From the NCBI GenBank assembly GCA_041937175.2, contig CP166615.1, positions 2,688,001-2,752,000 of the forward strand: a stretch of DNA of 64,000 nt, in the 5' to 3' direction. Under the pieces are notes generated by a model. That model ran no database searches, was not told the DNA's origin, and saw nothing but the letters and a program-made list of their open reading frames with translations. Shown here one piece after another: positions 1-8,829 of this stretch (position 1 is its first letter; each line of letters begins with the position of its first letter). Origin of the DNA: Limnothrix sp. BL-A-16. Lineage in GTDB: Bacteria; Cyanobacteriota; Cyanobacteriia; CACIAM-69d. The position numbers were made by a program, and so were the translations under genes.

Positions 1-1070
1 CGCAGTTCGCCGCTGACATGGCCGAGCCGATACTCGACGCGGTAGGGTTGCTGCTGGGCGATCGCGGCTTGAATTTCCGTCCACACTTGATCGCGGTCTT
101 CGGGGTGGGTGAGGTCTTGCAGGGTGCGATTGCGATATTGGACGAAGGTTTCAGCCCGGTAACCGGTGAGATGTTCGATCGCCTCGCTGGCAAACAGCAA
201 CGTCCGTTCCCGATCGCCCAAACAGCGATAGATCACGCCGGGGACGTTGGCCACCATGGTGCGGAAGCGTTCGTTGTTGTCTCGCAAGGCGGTGTCGGCC
301 TGTTCTTGGGCCAAGCGCAACACGCGCCGCTCGGTGATGTCTTGGGCAACGGCGTAGATCAAATCCTGGGCCCGATCCCAAAAGAAATTCCAGCGAAACC
401 AACGATAGGTGCCGTCTTTGCGCCGGTAGCGATTTTCCAGGACGCGGGTGGGAGTTCCTTGGGGTGAAAAGTGAGTTTCCGCCTGGGTGCGGGTGCGATC
501 GTCCGGGTGAACGTAATCGGTGAAGGGCCGCCCGATCGCCTCTTCCCGCCAGCCCAAAACCTGATCCCAGGTTTCGTTGAGAAATTGAAATTCCCCTTGA
601 CTGTTGATCGTGCAAAGGCAACTGCCCGATTGGATAAAAAGCTGTTTCCAGGCTTGCTCCATCACCACCCGATCGCTCACCACCCGCAGGGAAATGCAAA
701 CCAGATTGCGTCCGGCATCGTTCGGCCCCAAGCCGCCATTGCCCCAGGGAGCCACCTCCCATTCCAACCAAAGGCCCGGATGGGTTGACCGTTCCAGCCA
801 ATGGGGCTGTTCTGAGCGCACGGTTTGGCCCTGGCTGGCTCGGGCAATGGCCGGTCGCCAGAGGGCGGCCAGTTCTGGACAAAGGGTCATCACCGATTGG
901 CCGGGGGGGGCTTCCGGCAGCGATAGGGCCGTTAACCAGGCTTGACTGGCAGCCCAATAGCTCCCTTGGTTGTCCACCAGGGCGATCGGCAGGGGCAACC
1001 CGGCCACAAGCTGTTGTAAAACTGCCTCAGGGGTTACGGGAGGTTCCAACGGTTGCGAAGTCGCCGTCAC
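1..1070 (-). CDS. Multi-PAS-domain signal transduction protein, 5' part only (runs off the left edge; absent from the ORF track)
   Basis: Hand translation from GTG at 1070 (preceded by GGAGGG) stays open to base 1. It shows PAS/PAC motifs: FTDYVHPDDR...LENRYRRKDGTYRWFRW...IYAVAQDITERR and RFRTMVANVPGVIYRC...THPEDRDQV...YRVEYR. Confidence 0.85.
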   Translation of the reverse strand, partial: MTATSQPLEPPVTPEAVLQQLVAGLPLPIALVDNQGSYWAASQAWLTALSLPEAPPGQSVMTLCPELAALWRPAIARASQGQTVRSEQPHWLERSTHPGLWLEWEVAPWGNGGLGPNDAGRNLVCISLRVVSDRVVMEQAWKQLFIQSGSCLCTINSQGEFQFLNETWDQVLGWREEAIGRPFTDYVHPDDRTRTQAETHFSPQGTPTRVLENRYRRKDGTYRWFRWNFFWDRAQDLIYAVAQDITERRVLRLAQEQADTALRDNNERFRTMVANVPGVIYRCLGDRERTLLFASEAIEHLTGYRAETFVQYRNRTLQDLTHPEDRDQVWTEIQAAIAQQQPYRVEYRLGHVSGEL

Positions 1071-1347
1071 ACAACCCTCCTTGCCACCGGCGGGTTGCGG
1101 ATCGCTAGATTGCGGAGCGTCGGGGTTGGTCATGGGTGGAAATCTCGGAAGGCAGGCAAAACAGGCGAACAAAAACAGGCAAGCACAGGGCGGCATGAGC
1201 GGCCAACTTGACATTCTCTGTCGCGCAAGCCCCAGCAGCGATCGCTAGGATTGGGTCTAGCATAGAAAAGCTCGCAGGGATTGCCAGTGATCCGCAACCT
1301 TGCTGCTTTAGTCCCCCGCTGCTCTAGTCCCTGCACCGCCAGCCGTC

Positions 1348-3189
1348 ATGAAAAGTTTTTTACAACAAACAATCGCGAGCATTCTGGGAACGCTGGTTGG
1401 CCTCACGATCTTCGCAGGTGGCAGCCTCCTGGGACTCATTGGGTTGATTACTTTTTTGGCGGCCCTGTCCAGTTCCTCGGAGCCGGTGGCCCTCAAGGGG
1501 CGATCGATGTTGGCATTGGATCTATCGCTGGCGATTCGGGATGAGCCGGGCCAAGCAGAGGACTCGATCGATCGCTGGCTGAGCGATCGCCCGCGAACCA
1601 TTCCCCTTAGGGTGTTGCTAGACACCTTGGCCCAGGCGGCCAAAGACCGCCAAATCACCGGTCTTTACCTTTACGACAGTGCCGGAACGGGCCCGATCGC
1701 GGGCTATGCCACTCTCCGGGAAGTGCGGGAAGCCATTCTGGAGTTTCGGAAAAAAAAGCCGGTCATTGCCTATGGCACGGATTGGGACGAGCGTACCTAT
1801 TACCTAACATCCGCCGCCAATGAAACGCGGTTGCATCCGGCGGGAGGGCTGGAGTTCAACGGGTTGGCCGCCGAAAGCACCTTTTGGAGCGGGGCCCTTG
1901 AAAAATACGGCATTGGGGTGCAGTTTGTGCGGGCCGGAAAGTTCAAGTCGGCGGTGGAACCCTTTGCTCGTCGGGATTTCAGTCCTGAGAACCGGGCCCA
2001 AACGGCGGCATTGCTTCAGGATTTGTGGCAAACGGTGCTGACGGCTGCGGGTCAAAGTCGCAAACAGTCGATCGCCCAGTTGCAAGCGATCGCTGATCAA
2101 GGAGGATTGCTGCGTTCCGATCAGGCGGTGAAGCTGGGTTTGGTCGATCGCCTGGCCTATGACGACCAGGTGATTGAACGGGTGCTGAAGCTGGCCGATC
2201 GAGAAGACAACAAGCCCACCTTCCAGCGGGTTTCGGTCGCTGACTATGCGCGCCAGGTGGGAACCGTGGAAGCGGCCCAAAGCAAACTGGGCGATCGGCG
2301 CAAAAACGCAACGGGCCAGGAAATTGCCTTGCTCTATGCCACGGGCACGATGGTGACCCAAACCACGGACGGCGATCGGGATTTGATGAATGGCTCCGCG
2401 ATCGCCACGGAACTGCGGAAGTTGCGTAAAAACGAGGATGTCAAGGCGATCGTTTTGCGGATTGACAGTCCCGGCGGCAGCGCCACCGCCGCTGACATCA
2501 TTGCTCGGGAAGTGTCCTTGGCGGCTAAAGACAAGCCGGTGATTGTCTCCATGGGAGATGTGGCCGCCTCTGGCGGCTATTGGATTGCCGCGCCGGCCAC
2601 GGAAATTTGGGCAGAACCCACCACCATTGCCGGATCGATCGGGGTGTTTGGCCTGCTGCCCAATATTCAAAAACTGGGCGAGAACAATGGGGTGAATTGG
2701 GATTCGGTCACCACGGCTCCCTTTGCCAACATCGGTTCCGTGACCCGCAGCAAAACACCCGCCGAGCTGGCCCTGCTGCAATCATCCGTGGACTGGACCT
2801 ACGATCGATTTTTGGATCATGTGGCCCAGTCCCGATCGCTCGATCGGGCCAAGGTGGAAGAGTTGGCCCAGGGGCGAATTTGGTCGGGCAAGGCCGCAGC
2901 GGATTTGGGCTTGGTCGATCAGTTAGGGGGCTTAGATCAGGCGATCGCCGCCGCCGCCAAGGCCGCCAAGCTGGGGAAAGACTGGGTGTTGGCGGAATAT
3001 CCGCGCCGGGAACCCTTTGGCCTCAGTTGGTTAGAGGATAAAAGCCAAGCCCTTTGGAGTCAGTTGGGCTGGAGCCAGTCCCCCTTGATTGCGCGATCGC
3101 TGGCTCAGTTACCGTCGCAATTGTGGCTCTTGAATGACGATCCTCGATCGACCTACGTTTGGTGGCCCGATCGGCTGGAGATTCGCTAG
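1348..3189 (+). CDS. sppA: Signal peptide peptidase SppA (protease IV, 67K type)
   Basis: N-terminal TM helix; RAGKFKSAVEPF, LRIDSPGGSA, VSMGDVAASGGYWIA and GSIGVFG motifs of peptidase S49. Confidence 0.95.
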   Translation: MKSFLQQTIASILGTLVGLTIFAGGSLLGLIGLITFLAALSSSSEPVALKGRSMLALDLSLAIRDEPGQAEDSIDRWLSDRPRTIPLRVLLDTLAQAAKDRQITGLYLYDSAGTGPIAGYATLREVREAILEFRKKKPVIAYGTDWDERTYYLTSAANETRLHPAGGLEFNGLAAESTFWSGALEKYGIGVQFVRAGKFKSAVEPFARRDFSPENRAQTAALLQDLWQTVLTAAGQSRKQSIAQLQAIADQGGLLRSDQAVKLGLVDRLAYDDQVIERVLKLADREDNKPTFQRVSVADYARQVGTVEAAQSKLGDRRKNATGQEIALLYATGTMVTQTTDGDRDLMNGSAIATELRKLRKNEDVKAIVLRIDSPGGSATAADIIAREVSLAAKDKPVIVSMGDVAASGGYWIAAPATEIWAEPTTIAGSIGVFGLLPNIQKLGENNGVNWDSVTTAPFANIGSVTRSKTPAELALLQSSVDWTYDRFLDHVAQSRSLDRAKVEELAQGRIWSGKAAADLGLVDQLGGLDQAIAAAAKAAKLGKDWVLAEYPRREPFGLSWLEDKSQALWSQLGWSQSPLIARSLAQLPSQLWLLNDDPRSTYVWWPDRLEIR

Positions 3190-3452
3190 GCAAGCCACCG
3201 TTAACCGGGCAGATCACCGGGAAAAGAATGAACCGGGAAAATAACTAACCAGGAGAATAATTAACCGGGAAGCAGCCCCAGCAACCTTGCCACCCAACGG
3301 CTCAACTTCAACATTTTGTTGCTAACTGCAACCGAGACAGACATCTGCACAGGCCGCCCGCGATCGAGATGGAATAATGGAGCCGGGCTAGGCAGCCCGA
3401 CCCAAACGGGAGGCCGCCACAAGCGAACACCAAAAAAGGGCGAGCGAGAAGC

Positions 3453-5264
3453 ATGAAGGGGCGCGCGTTTTTTTCAATTTTGGCGGCGATCGCAATTTCG
3501 CTGGTGGCGGCCGGGGCCGCCGGAGCCGTTTGGATTGCCACCCACAGCCCCCTGGGCTTGTTGGACGGTGTGGCTAATGCTCAGCCCGAAGCCGCTGTCA
3601 TGATCCCCAAACAGGCTCCGGCCATGGTTTCGTTGTTGGTGAACCCCGATCGCGTGGAGGCCCTGCGCCAAGCGATCGCGCCCTTAGGTCGGCGGAGGGC
3701 AGCCCGCCACGAATGGCAACAGGCCCGCGATGCCTGGCTCACCAGCAGCGGCCTAACCTACGATCGCGATGTGCAGCCCTGGTTAGGGGATGAAGTGACC
3801 CTGGCAGTGACCACCGTGGACATCGATCGCGATCCCAACAATGGCCGAGAACCGGGCTATTTGCTGGCGGCGGCGGCTAACGACCCCGATCGGGCCCGGG
3901 AGTTCTTGCAACTGTTCTGGCAAAAGCAAGCCCTGAACGGCATTAACCTGATTTTTGAGCAATACAAGGGCGTAAAAATCGTCCATGGGGAAGCGTTAGA
4001 TCTGATTCCGCGCGGTTGGGCCAAACGCCTGGCCCAGGGCGGCCGAGTTTCGACCCAAACGGACTTGGCCACGGCCCTGGTGGCCGATCGCTTCGTGCTG
4101 GCCGCCAACGATCCCAAAGTCCTGCGGGATGCCATCAACAACATCCAAGCGGCTGACCTGAGCCTGTTGCGGGAACCAGACTATCAACGGGAACTGGCAG
4201 CGCTCCCGCCCGATCGCCTGGCGATCGCCTACGTGAACCCCATGGCCTTGGGTGAACTCCTGGAACCCGCCACCGCCACCCGCCGCCGATCGAAAGCACT
4301 GTTACCCGCCGAGTGGTTGGCGGCCCTGCCGGCCCACAGCGCCACTTTGTCCCTGAAGGCCGAGCGATCGGGCTTGGTCACGGAGGCCGCTTGGGTGGCG
4401 GCCGATGGTCTGACCCTGGTGGCGACCGAATCTCCCCTGACGGAACCCGCCACCGCCACCCGCTACTTGCCCAGCACCGCCACCATTGCCCTCAGCGGCA
4501 AAAACCTGCAACAACTCACCCAACAGTGGCAGCAAATCTTGGGCGACGGCCCCATCGCCCAGGCGATCGCCCCGCTACTGAGTCAGGTGGAAACCAGTTC
4601 GGGGCTAAATTTGCAAAACGACCTTTTGGCCTGGAACACCGAAGATTTTGCCCTGGGCTTAATTCCCGTGGAAGTGGGCGATCGGGCAGCGGAGCGGGCC
4701 TTGGGTGAATTTCCCGGCGATTGGGTCTTTGTGGCCCGCCGCACCCCCGAAACCACCGCCGCGCTCGATCGGATTGATGCCCTGGCCAAACAACAGGGCC
4801 TCACCCTCGGAACCCTGAACTTGGACAGCGACCAACTGGCCACCGTTTGGACGCAACTGATCGCACCGTCCAGCGCCGGTCTGATGGGTTGGCGCAATGC
4901 GGGTCAAGTTAGCACCCAAGTGCAAGGGGCCCGGGCCACGGTGGGAGACTACGAAATTTTGGCCACCTCCGTGCCCGCCTTGGCCGCAGCAGTGCAAGCG
5001 GGGCGCGATGAAACGACCTCCCTCCTGGGCGATCACCTCTGGCAATCGGTCACCACCACCCTGCCTGTTCCCAACGATGGCAACGTCACCCTGAGTTGGC
5101 CGGCTGCCCGCCCGGTGGTGCGCCGCTTGATCCCCCTGTTCCGGTTGGTGGAAGTGCCCCTGCGGCCCCTGTTCGATCGCCTCGATCGCCTGAGTTTCAC
5201 CAGCGAAGGCGGCCCTGAAAATCTTCGCCGCTTCTCCCTGTTTGCTCACTGGACGAGCTGGTAA
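3453..5264 (+). CDS. DUF3352-like cyanobacterial protein with N-terminal signal/TM segment
   Basis: 603-aa ORF; DVQPWLGDEVTLAVTTVDIDRDPNNG.EPGYLLA and FVLAANDPKVLRDAINN recalled as typical of this family. Confidence 0.75.
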   Translation: MKGRAFFSILAAIAISLVAAGAAGAVWIATHSPLGLLDGVANAQPEAAVMIPKQAPAMVSLLVNPDRVEALRQAIAPLGRRRAARHEWQQARDAWLTSSGLTYDRDVQPWLGDEVTLAVTTVDIDRDPNNGREPGYLLAAAANDPDRAREFLQLFWQKQALNGINLIFEQYKGVKIVHGEALDLIPRGWAKRLAQGGRVSTQTDLATALVADRFVLAANDPKVLRDAINNIQAADLSLLREPDYQRELAALPPDRLAIAYVNPMALGELLEPATATRRRSKALLPAEWLAALPAHSATLSLKAERSGLVTEAAWVAADGLTLVATESPLTEPATATRYLPSTATIALSGKNLQQLTQQWQQILGDGPIAQAIAPLLSQVETSSGLNLQNDLLAWNTEDFALGLIPVEVGDRAAERALGEFPGDWVFVARRTPETTAALDRIDALAKQQGLTLGTLNLDSDQLATVWTQLIAPSSAGLMGWRNAGQVSTQVQGARATVGDYEILATSVPALAAAVQAGRDETTSLLGDHLWQSVTTTLPVPNDGNVTLSWPAARPVVRRLIPLFRLVEVPLRPLFDRLDRLSFTSEGGPENLRRFSLFAHWTSW

Positions 5265-5377
5265 ACCCGATCGGGCGATCGGGTCGCGGCCCCATCCCGC
5301 CCTGGTCTTGTCTCGAAACTCAGTTTCCGAGCAACGGCCAACCGGCCAACAGGAAAAAATCAACACACAAAAATCAT

Positions 5378-5416
5378 GGAGGGGCGATCGATTAGCTCGA
5401 TCGCCCCTCCTCTTTT
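5378..5416 (+). terminator. Intrinsic terminator hairpin
   Basis: GGAGGGGCGATCGA-TTAGC-TCGATCGCCCCTCC is a perfect 14-bp stem followed by TCTTTT. Confidence 0.7.
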
Positions 5417-5428
5417 CACTGAGTCAAT

Positions 5429-6331
5429 AGACCTCTTGCACGAATCAAATTGGATGTGCCGCTTGGTAGTTGAGCAACCCAGCTAACAGATGGAGCCTCA
5501 AGCCAAAACGGCGACGACGATTGCGATAGCGTTCTGAGAAGATCCGAAATCGCTTCAAGCGACGAATGGCGTGCTCAATCCGAATGCGCACCGCCGCTAA
5601 CGCCTGATTGCAAGCTTTTTCCTCGTCAGGCAGGCACTTTCGAGGTGGTTTCCGTTTCGGAAGGATCGTGGCTTCATGGTGACGAGCTAGCCCTTGATAC
5701 CCACTATCCGCTAGACACAGCCGGTCTGGGGCTAGGCGAAACGCGCTCTCACGCCAAAGTCGCAGGTCATGGGTGCGACCTCGACCGATTGCCACCGCTA
5801 GGAATTGACCGGAGCGCCAATCAATCACCAATTGCCCTTTCAACGTATGCCGCTTTTGCTTACCGCTGTAGTAAGCTCGCTGTTTTTTTTGGGCGTTCAA
5901 TGGCGACTTCGGTCACATCAATCACCACCACTGACTCGTCGGTTTCGGGGTCTAAGAGACGGCGTTTGCCGGGCAAGGCAAACCGACCACTTTTGACCAA
6001 GACGGTCTCAACACGGTTGATGATCCGACAGACGGTGGCTTCTGAGACCCCGAAATCGAGACCGATGTGGAATTGGGTGCGATACTCGCGCCAGTATTGC
6101 AGGGTTAGCAGAAGCTGATTCTCAACACTCAGACTATTTTGGCCCCCGCGTTTGCCACTCCGGTCTAGGGCGGGGCGGAGGACTTCCAGCATGGCTTGGA
6201 AGGTGGAGCGACTGAAGCCACAGGCACGGCGAAACTGTGATGGGGGCAGCGAGGCGAGGCTTTTGTAGAGCATCTCCCGATCAGGGTGACGACGACTTTC
6301 TACACTACTGCTTTATTCGTGCAAGAGGTCT
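5429..6331 (-). mobile_element. IS5-family insertion sequence (ISL2/IS702-like), 903 bp
   Basis: Perfect 17-bp terminal IRs AGACCTCTTGCACGAAT (5429-5445 and 6315-6331); AAT target duplication (5426-5428 and 6332-6334); encloses the transposase ORFs. Confidence 0.93.
5445..6273 (-). CDS. IS5-family transposase in two overlapping ORFs (5860-6273 HTH part; 5445-5900 DDE part), probably joined by a -1 frameshift
   Basis: ORF1 has LLLTLQYWREYRTQFHIGLDFGVSEATVCR...VVIDVTE.AIERPKK. ORF2 has YYSGKQKRHTLK, LADSGYQG and RIRIEHAIRRLKRFRIF. An A8 slippery run lies at 5883-5890 in the overlap. Confidence 0.9.
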
Positions 6332-6342
6332 AATTACTCATT

Positions 6343-6571
6343 ACACCTCTTTCACGAAAACCCCTTTCCTCCAGATCGGCCAATCAACGATCATTTTGTA
6401 GGTTGGGTTGAGGCACGAAACCCAACAACAGCAAGGTTCGTAGTGATCAAGTTGGGTTTCGCAAAGCTCAACCCAACCTACCGGAGAACCAAGCATTTGA
6501 GCGTTTTGTCAGTCAATCAGCAATCTTGGAAAGGGATTTAGGATCAGAATCGTGATTGATGCAAGAGGTCT
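6343..6571. mobile_element. Non-autonomous MITE (229 bp) with ends like those of the adjacent IS5 element
   Basis: Left end ACACCTCTTTCACGAA (2 mismatches to the IS IR); right end reverse complement AGACCTCTTGCA; ATT duplicated on both sides (6340-6342, 6572-6574); no ORF. Confidence 0.75.
6398..6481. repeat. REP/REPIN-like inverted repeat with GTAG ends
   Basis: GTAGGTTGGGTTGAG..CGAAACCCAAC-spacer-GTTGGGTTTCG..CTCAACCCAACCTAC: two inverted GTAG-type REP-like units. Confidence 0.75.
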
Positions 6572-6615
6572 ATTGATTCAATCAACCCGCGCTCACTCAA
6601 CCCGCAAACATTGCC

Positions 6616-8022
6616 CTAGGACAACGCTTCCAGATAATCCCGTACCTGGTTGCGATGGCGCGGTTGGCGCAGTTTTTGCAAGGCCTTCGCCTCAATTTGC
6701 CGCACCCGCTCCCGTGACAAGTCCAGCGCCCGCCCAATTTCCGCCAAGGAATAGGGGCTGCTGTGGCCCAAGCCAAACCGCATTTGAATCACATCCCGCT
6801 CGCGGCTGGTCAGTTGTGCCAACAGTTGTTGCAAATCCCGTTGCAACGACTCCCGCATCAGGTTCTCTTCCGGCGAAGCGCTATCCGCCTCCAGCAAATC
6901 CCCCAACTCGGTGTCCTTATCCTTGCCCACCTTCGTTTCCAGCGAAACGGCCCGGGGCACGCGCATCAACACCTCGCGCACCTGGGCAGGGGTCATATCC
7001 AACTCAGCGGCCACATCATCAAGGGTGGCCGTGCGGCCCTTGGCTTGGGAAATTTTCCGTTGGGCCTTCTTGATTTTGTTCAGCTTCTCGGTGATATGCA
7101 CCGGCAGCCGAATGGTGCGGCTTTGGGTGGCGATCGCCCGAGTAATGCCCTGGCGAATCCACCAATAGGCATAGGTGCTGAAACGATAACCCTTGGTGGG
7201 ATCAAACTTCTCAACGGCCCGCTCCAGGCCCAAGGTTCCTTCTTGGATCAAATCCAGCAGTTCCAAACCCCGGTTTTGATACTTCTTGGCCACGGACACC
7301 ACCAGGCGCAAGTTGGCCTTGATCATCCGCTCCTTGGCCCGCGTGCCTTGGGTTTGGATGTCTTCCAACTCCGCCAGGGTCAGTTGGGCAACGGCGGCCC
7401 AGCGGTTTTTGCCCTTGTTCAAATCAGCCTTCAGTTCCGGCACTGTCACACCGGCTTCGCGGGCCCAACGCTCGATCGAGGGGCGATGGCCCAGGGTGGC
7501 GCAAAGGCGATCGCGCACAGCCACCAAGTTCACCAACCGTTCCAGTTGCGGTTCCTCGGGGCAGGCGGCCGTTTCCCGCAGCCGCAACAGTTGCATGTAT
7601 CGCTGCACCTTTTGGGCTTCGGTCACTTCCTCGTCCCGACCCAACAGCCGCACACGCCCAATTTCTTGGAGATACAGACGCACGAGATCGGTGGTTCTGC
7701 GGCGATCGCGCCGGCCATCCTGGGCCAAGGCCGCCTTTACGTCCTCATCCTCTTCCTCAAGGCGATCGGCCCCGAGGTCATCTGTGCCCAACTCTTCAGC
7801 GCTCAAATCATCTACGCCCAAATCTTCAACCTCAAATCCCGAACCACTCAGCTCACTTTCCAGGGTCGTTTCGTCAAAATCCTGGTCTCCGGAATCAAGG
7901 GATTCTTCGGAGCGATCTTCTTGATCATCCATCAGGCCACTGGACAACTCAGGCGACAAATCGATCGGCGATTTACTAAAGAATTGATCTGAATCGAAAA
8001 AGTTGATAGGCATAGCAGTCAT
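6616..8022 (-). CDS. sigC: Group 2 RNA polymerase sigma factor, SigC-like (start uncertain: 8049, 8022 or 8013)
   Basis: DLVRLYLQEIGRVRLLGRDEEV, ANLRLVVSVAKKY, FDPTKGYRFSTYAYWWIRQGITRAIA, region 4 LSRERVRQIE; acidic N-terminus. Confidence 0.88.
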   Translation of the reverse strand: MTAMPINFFDSDQFFSKSPIDLSPELSSGLMDDQEDRSEESLDSGDQDFDETTLESELSGSGFEVEDLGVDDLSAEELGTDDLGADRLEEEDEDVKAALAQDGRRDRRRTTDLVRLYLQEIGRVRLLGRDEEVTEAQKVQRYMQLLRLRETAACPEEPQLERLVNLVAVRDRLCATLGHRPSIERWAREAGVTVPELKADLNKGKNRWAAVAQLTLAELEDIQTQGTRAKERMIKANLRLVVSVAKKYQNRGLELLDLIQEGTLGLERAVEKFDPTKGYRFSTYAYWWIRQGITRAIATQSRTIRLPVHITEKLNKIKKAQRKISQAKGRTATLDDVAAELDMTPAQVREVLMRVPRAVSLETKVGKDKDTELGDLLEADSASPEENLMRESLQRDLQQLLAQLTSRERDVIQMRFGLGHSSPYSLAEIGRALDLSRERVRQIEAKALQKLRQPRHRNQVRDYLEALS

Positions 8023-8458
8023 AGTCTCTACCGCTCCGAAGATGCGCATGAATCAAGCGAGTCCAACACCCTCAATGCGCCAGTTGCTGCATAGCTATCG
8101 ATCTATCGCCGCATGGGTTCGTTTTTAAGCCTGGATCGCCAGTGCGCGCGGCCGGAATAGGGATCGATGGGAAGCTGCCCTGATGCTAACTATCGTAGTG
8201 AGGCTCCTCTGAATGCTCAGTGACCGAAGCGGCGTTCTCGAACAATCTTCGTCACGGAGCGCTAGTTAGCCGGATCGCCATTACGGTCGATAATCGATCG
8301 CCATCCTGTGTGATCTCGATCGCTGGTAGGAACCTCCGTCCACAAATTCACCCCTAAGATGTAGTTATCGTGGATTGTTCCCGGGATGACGGTCTCCCAA
8401 GAATGTCTTAAGACTTCTTTGGATTTTGTCTGAACTTTTACAAAAAAAGATAAATTTT

Positions 8459-8472
8459 GTAAATTGCAATAC
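8459..8472. promoter_or_regulatory. Candidate NtcA box upstream of sigC
   Basis: GTA-AATTGCAA-TAC matches GTA-N8-TAC in an AT-rich intergenic region; no canonical -10 element at class II spacing. Confidence 0.4.
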
Positions 8473-8829
8473 CAGCAATTTTAGGAATTAATTAGGAATT
8501 AATACTGATCAACTATCAATTAAAGACTAATGCCCATAACCCTGAAATTCGATTGAGCCATAGGGGTTAAGACTCTGATTTCATCATAATTGTCAGTCAT
8601 AGGTCAATGAATGGTTGATGAATGACCCCTTGATTATTGATTGATGATGATTCTCAATTTCAAAAGACTTCATTAACTTGAGTGAACTGGCTTTGGCTGA
8701 CACGATCAGGGTTATGGATTTTTGTATTGATTTTTAACTAATTTTGATCGAACCACAAAGAATTTATAACCCCAAAGTCATGGGGTGATCTTGACCCAGA
8801 TCACCCCTCGCCGGAAGACAAGCCCCGGT

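Noticed and set aside
151..957. 268-aa minus-strand ORF from the track
   Set aside because: Wrong frame; the PAS-domain reading frame (1070 to the window edge) overlaps it and carries clear motifs.
3200..3272. Imperfect ~15-bp repeats (AACCGGGA...) after sppA, and short duplications near 10618, 11321 and 60722
   Set aside because: Short, degenerate intergenic slippage repeats with no further structure.
5445..6273. Transposase as a frameshifted pseudogene
   Set aside because: The break lies at an A8 slippery run, with perfect IRs and target duplication, as expected for programmed frameshifting in this IS group.
6763..7992. Long antisense ORFs (also 1804-2781, 47977-48912, 62614-63537 and others)
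   Set aside because: Shadow frames of well-supported genes in GC-rich DNA, with no recognisable motifs.
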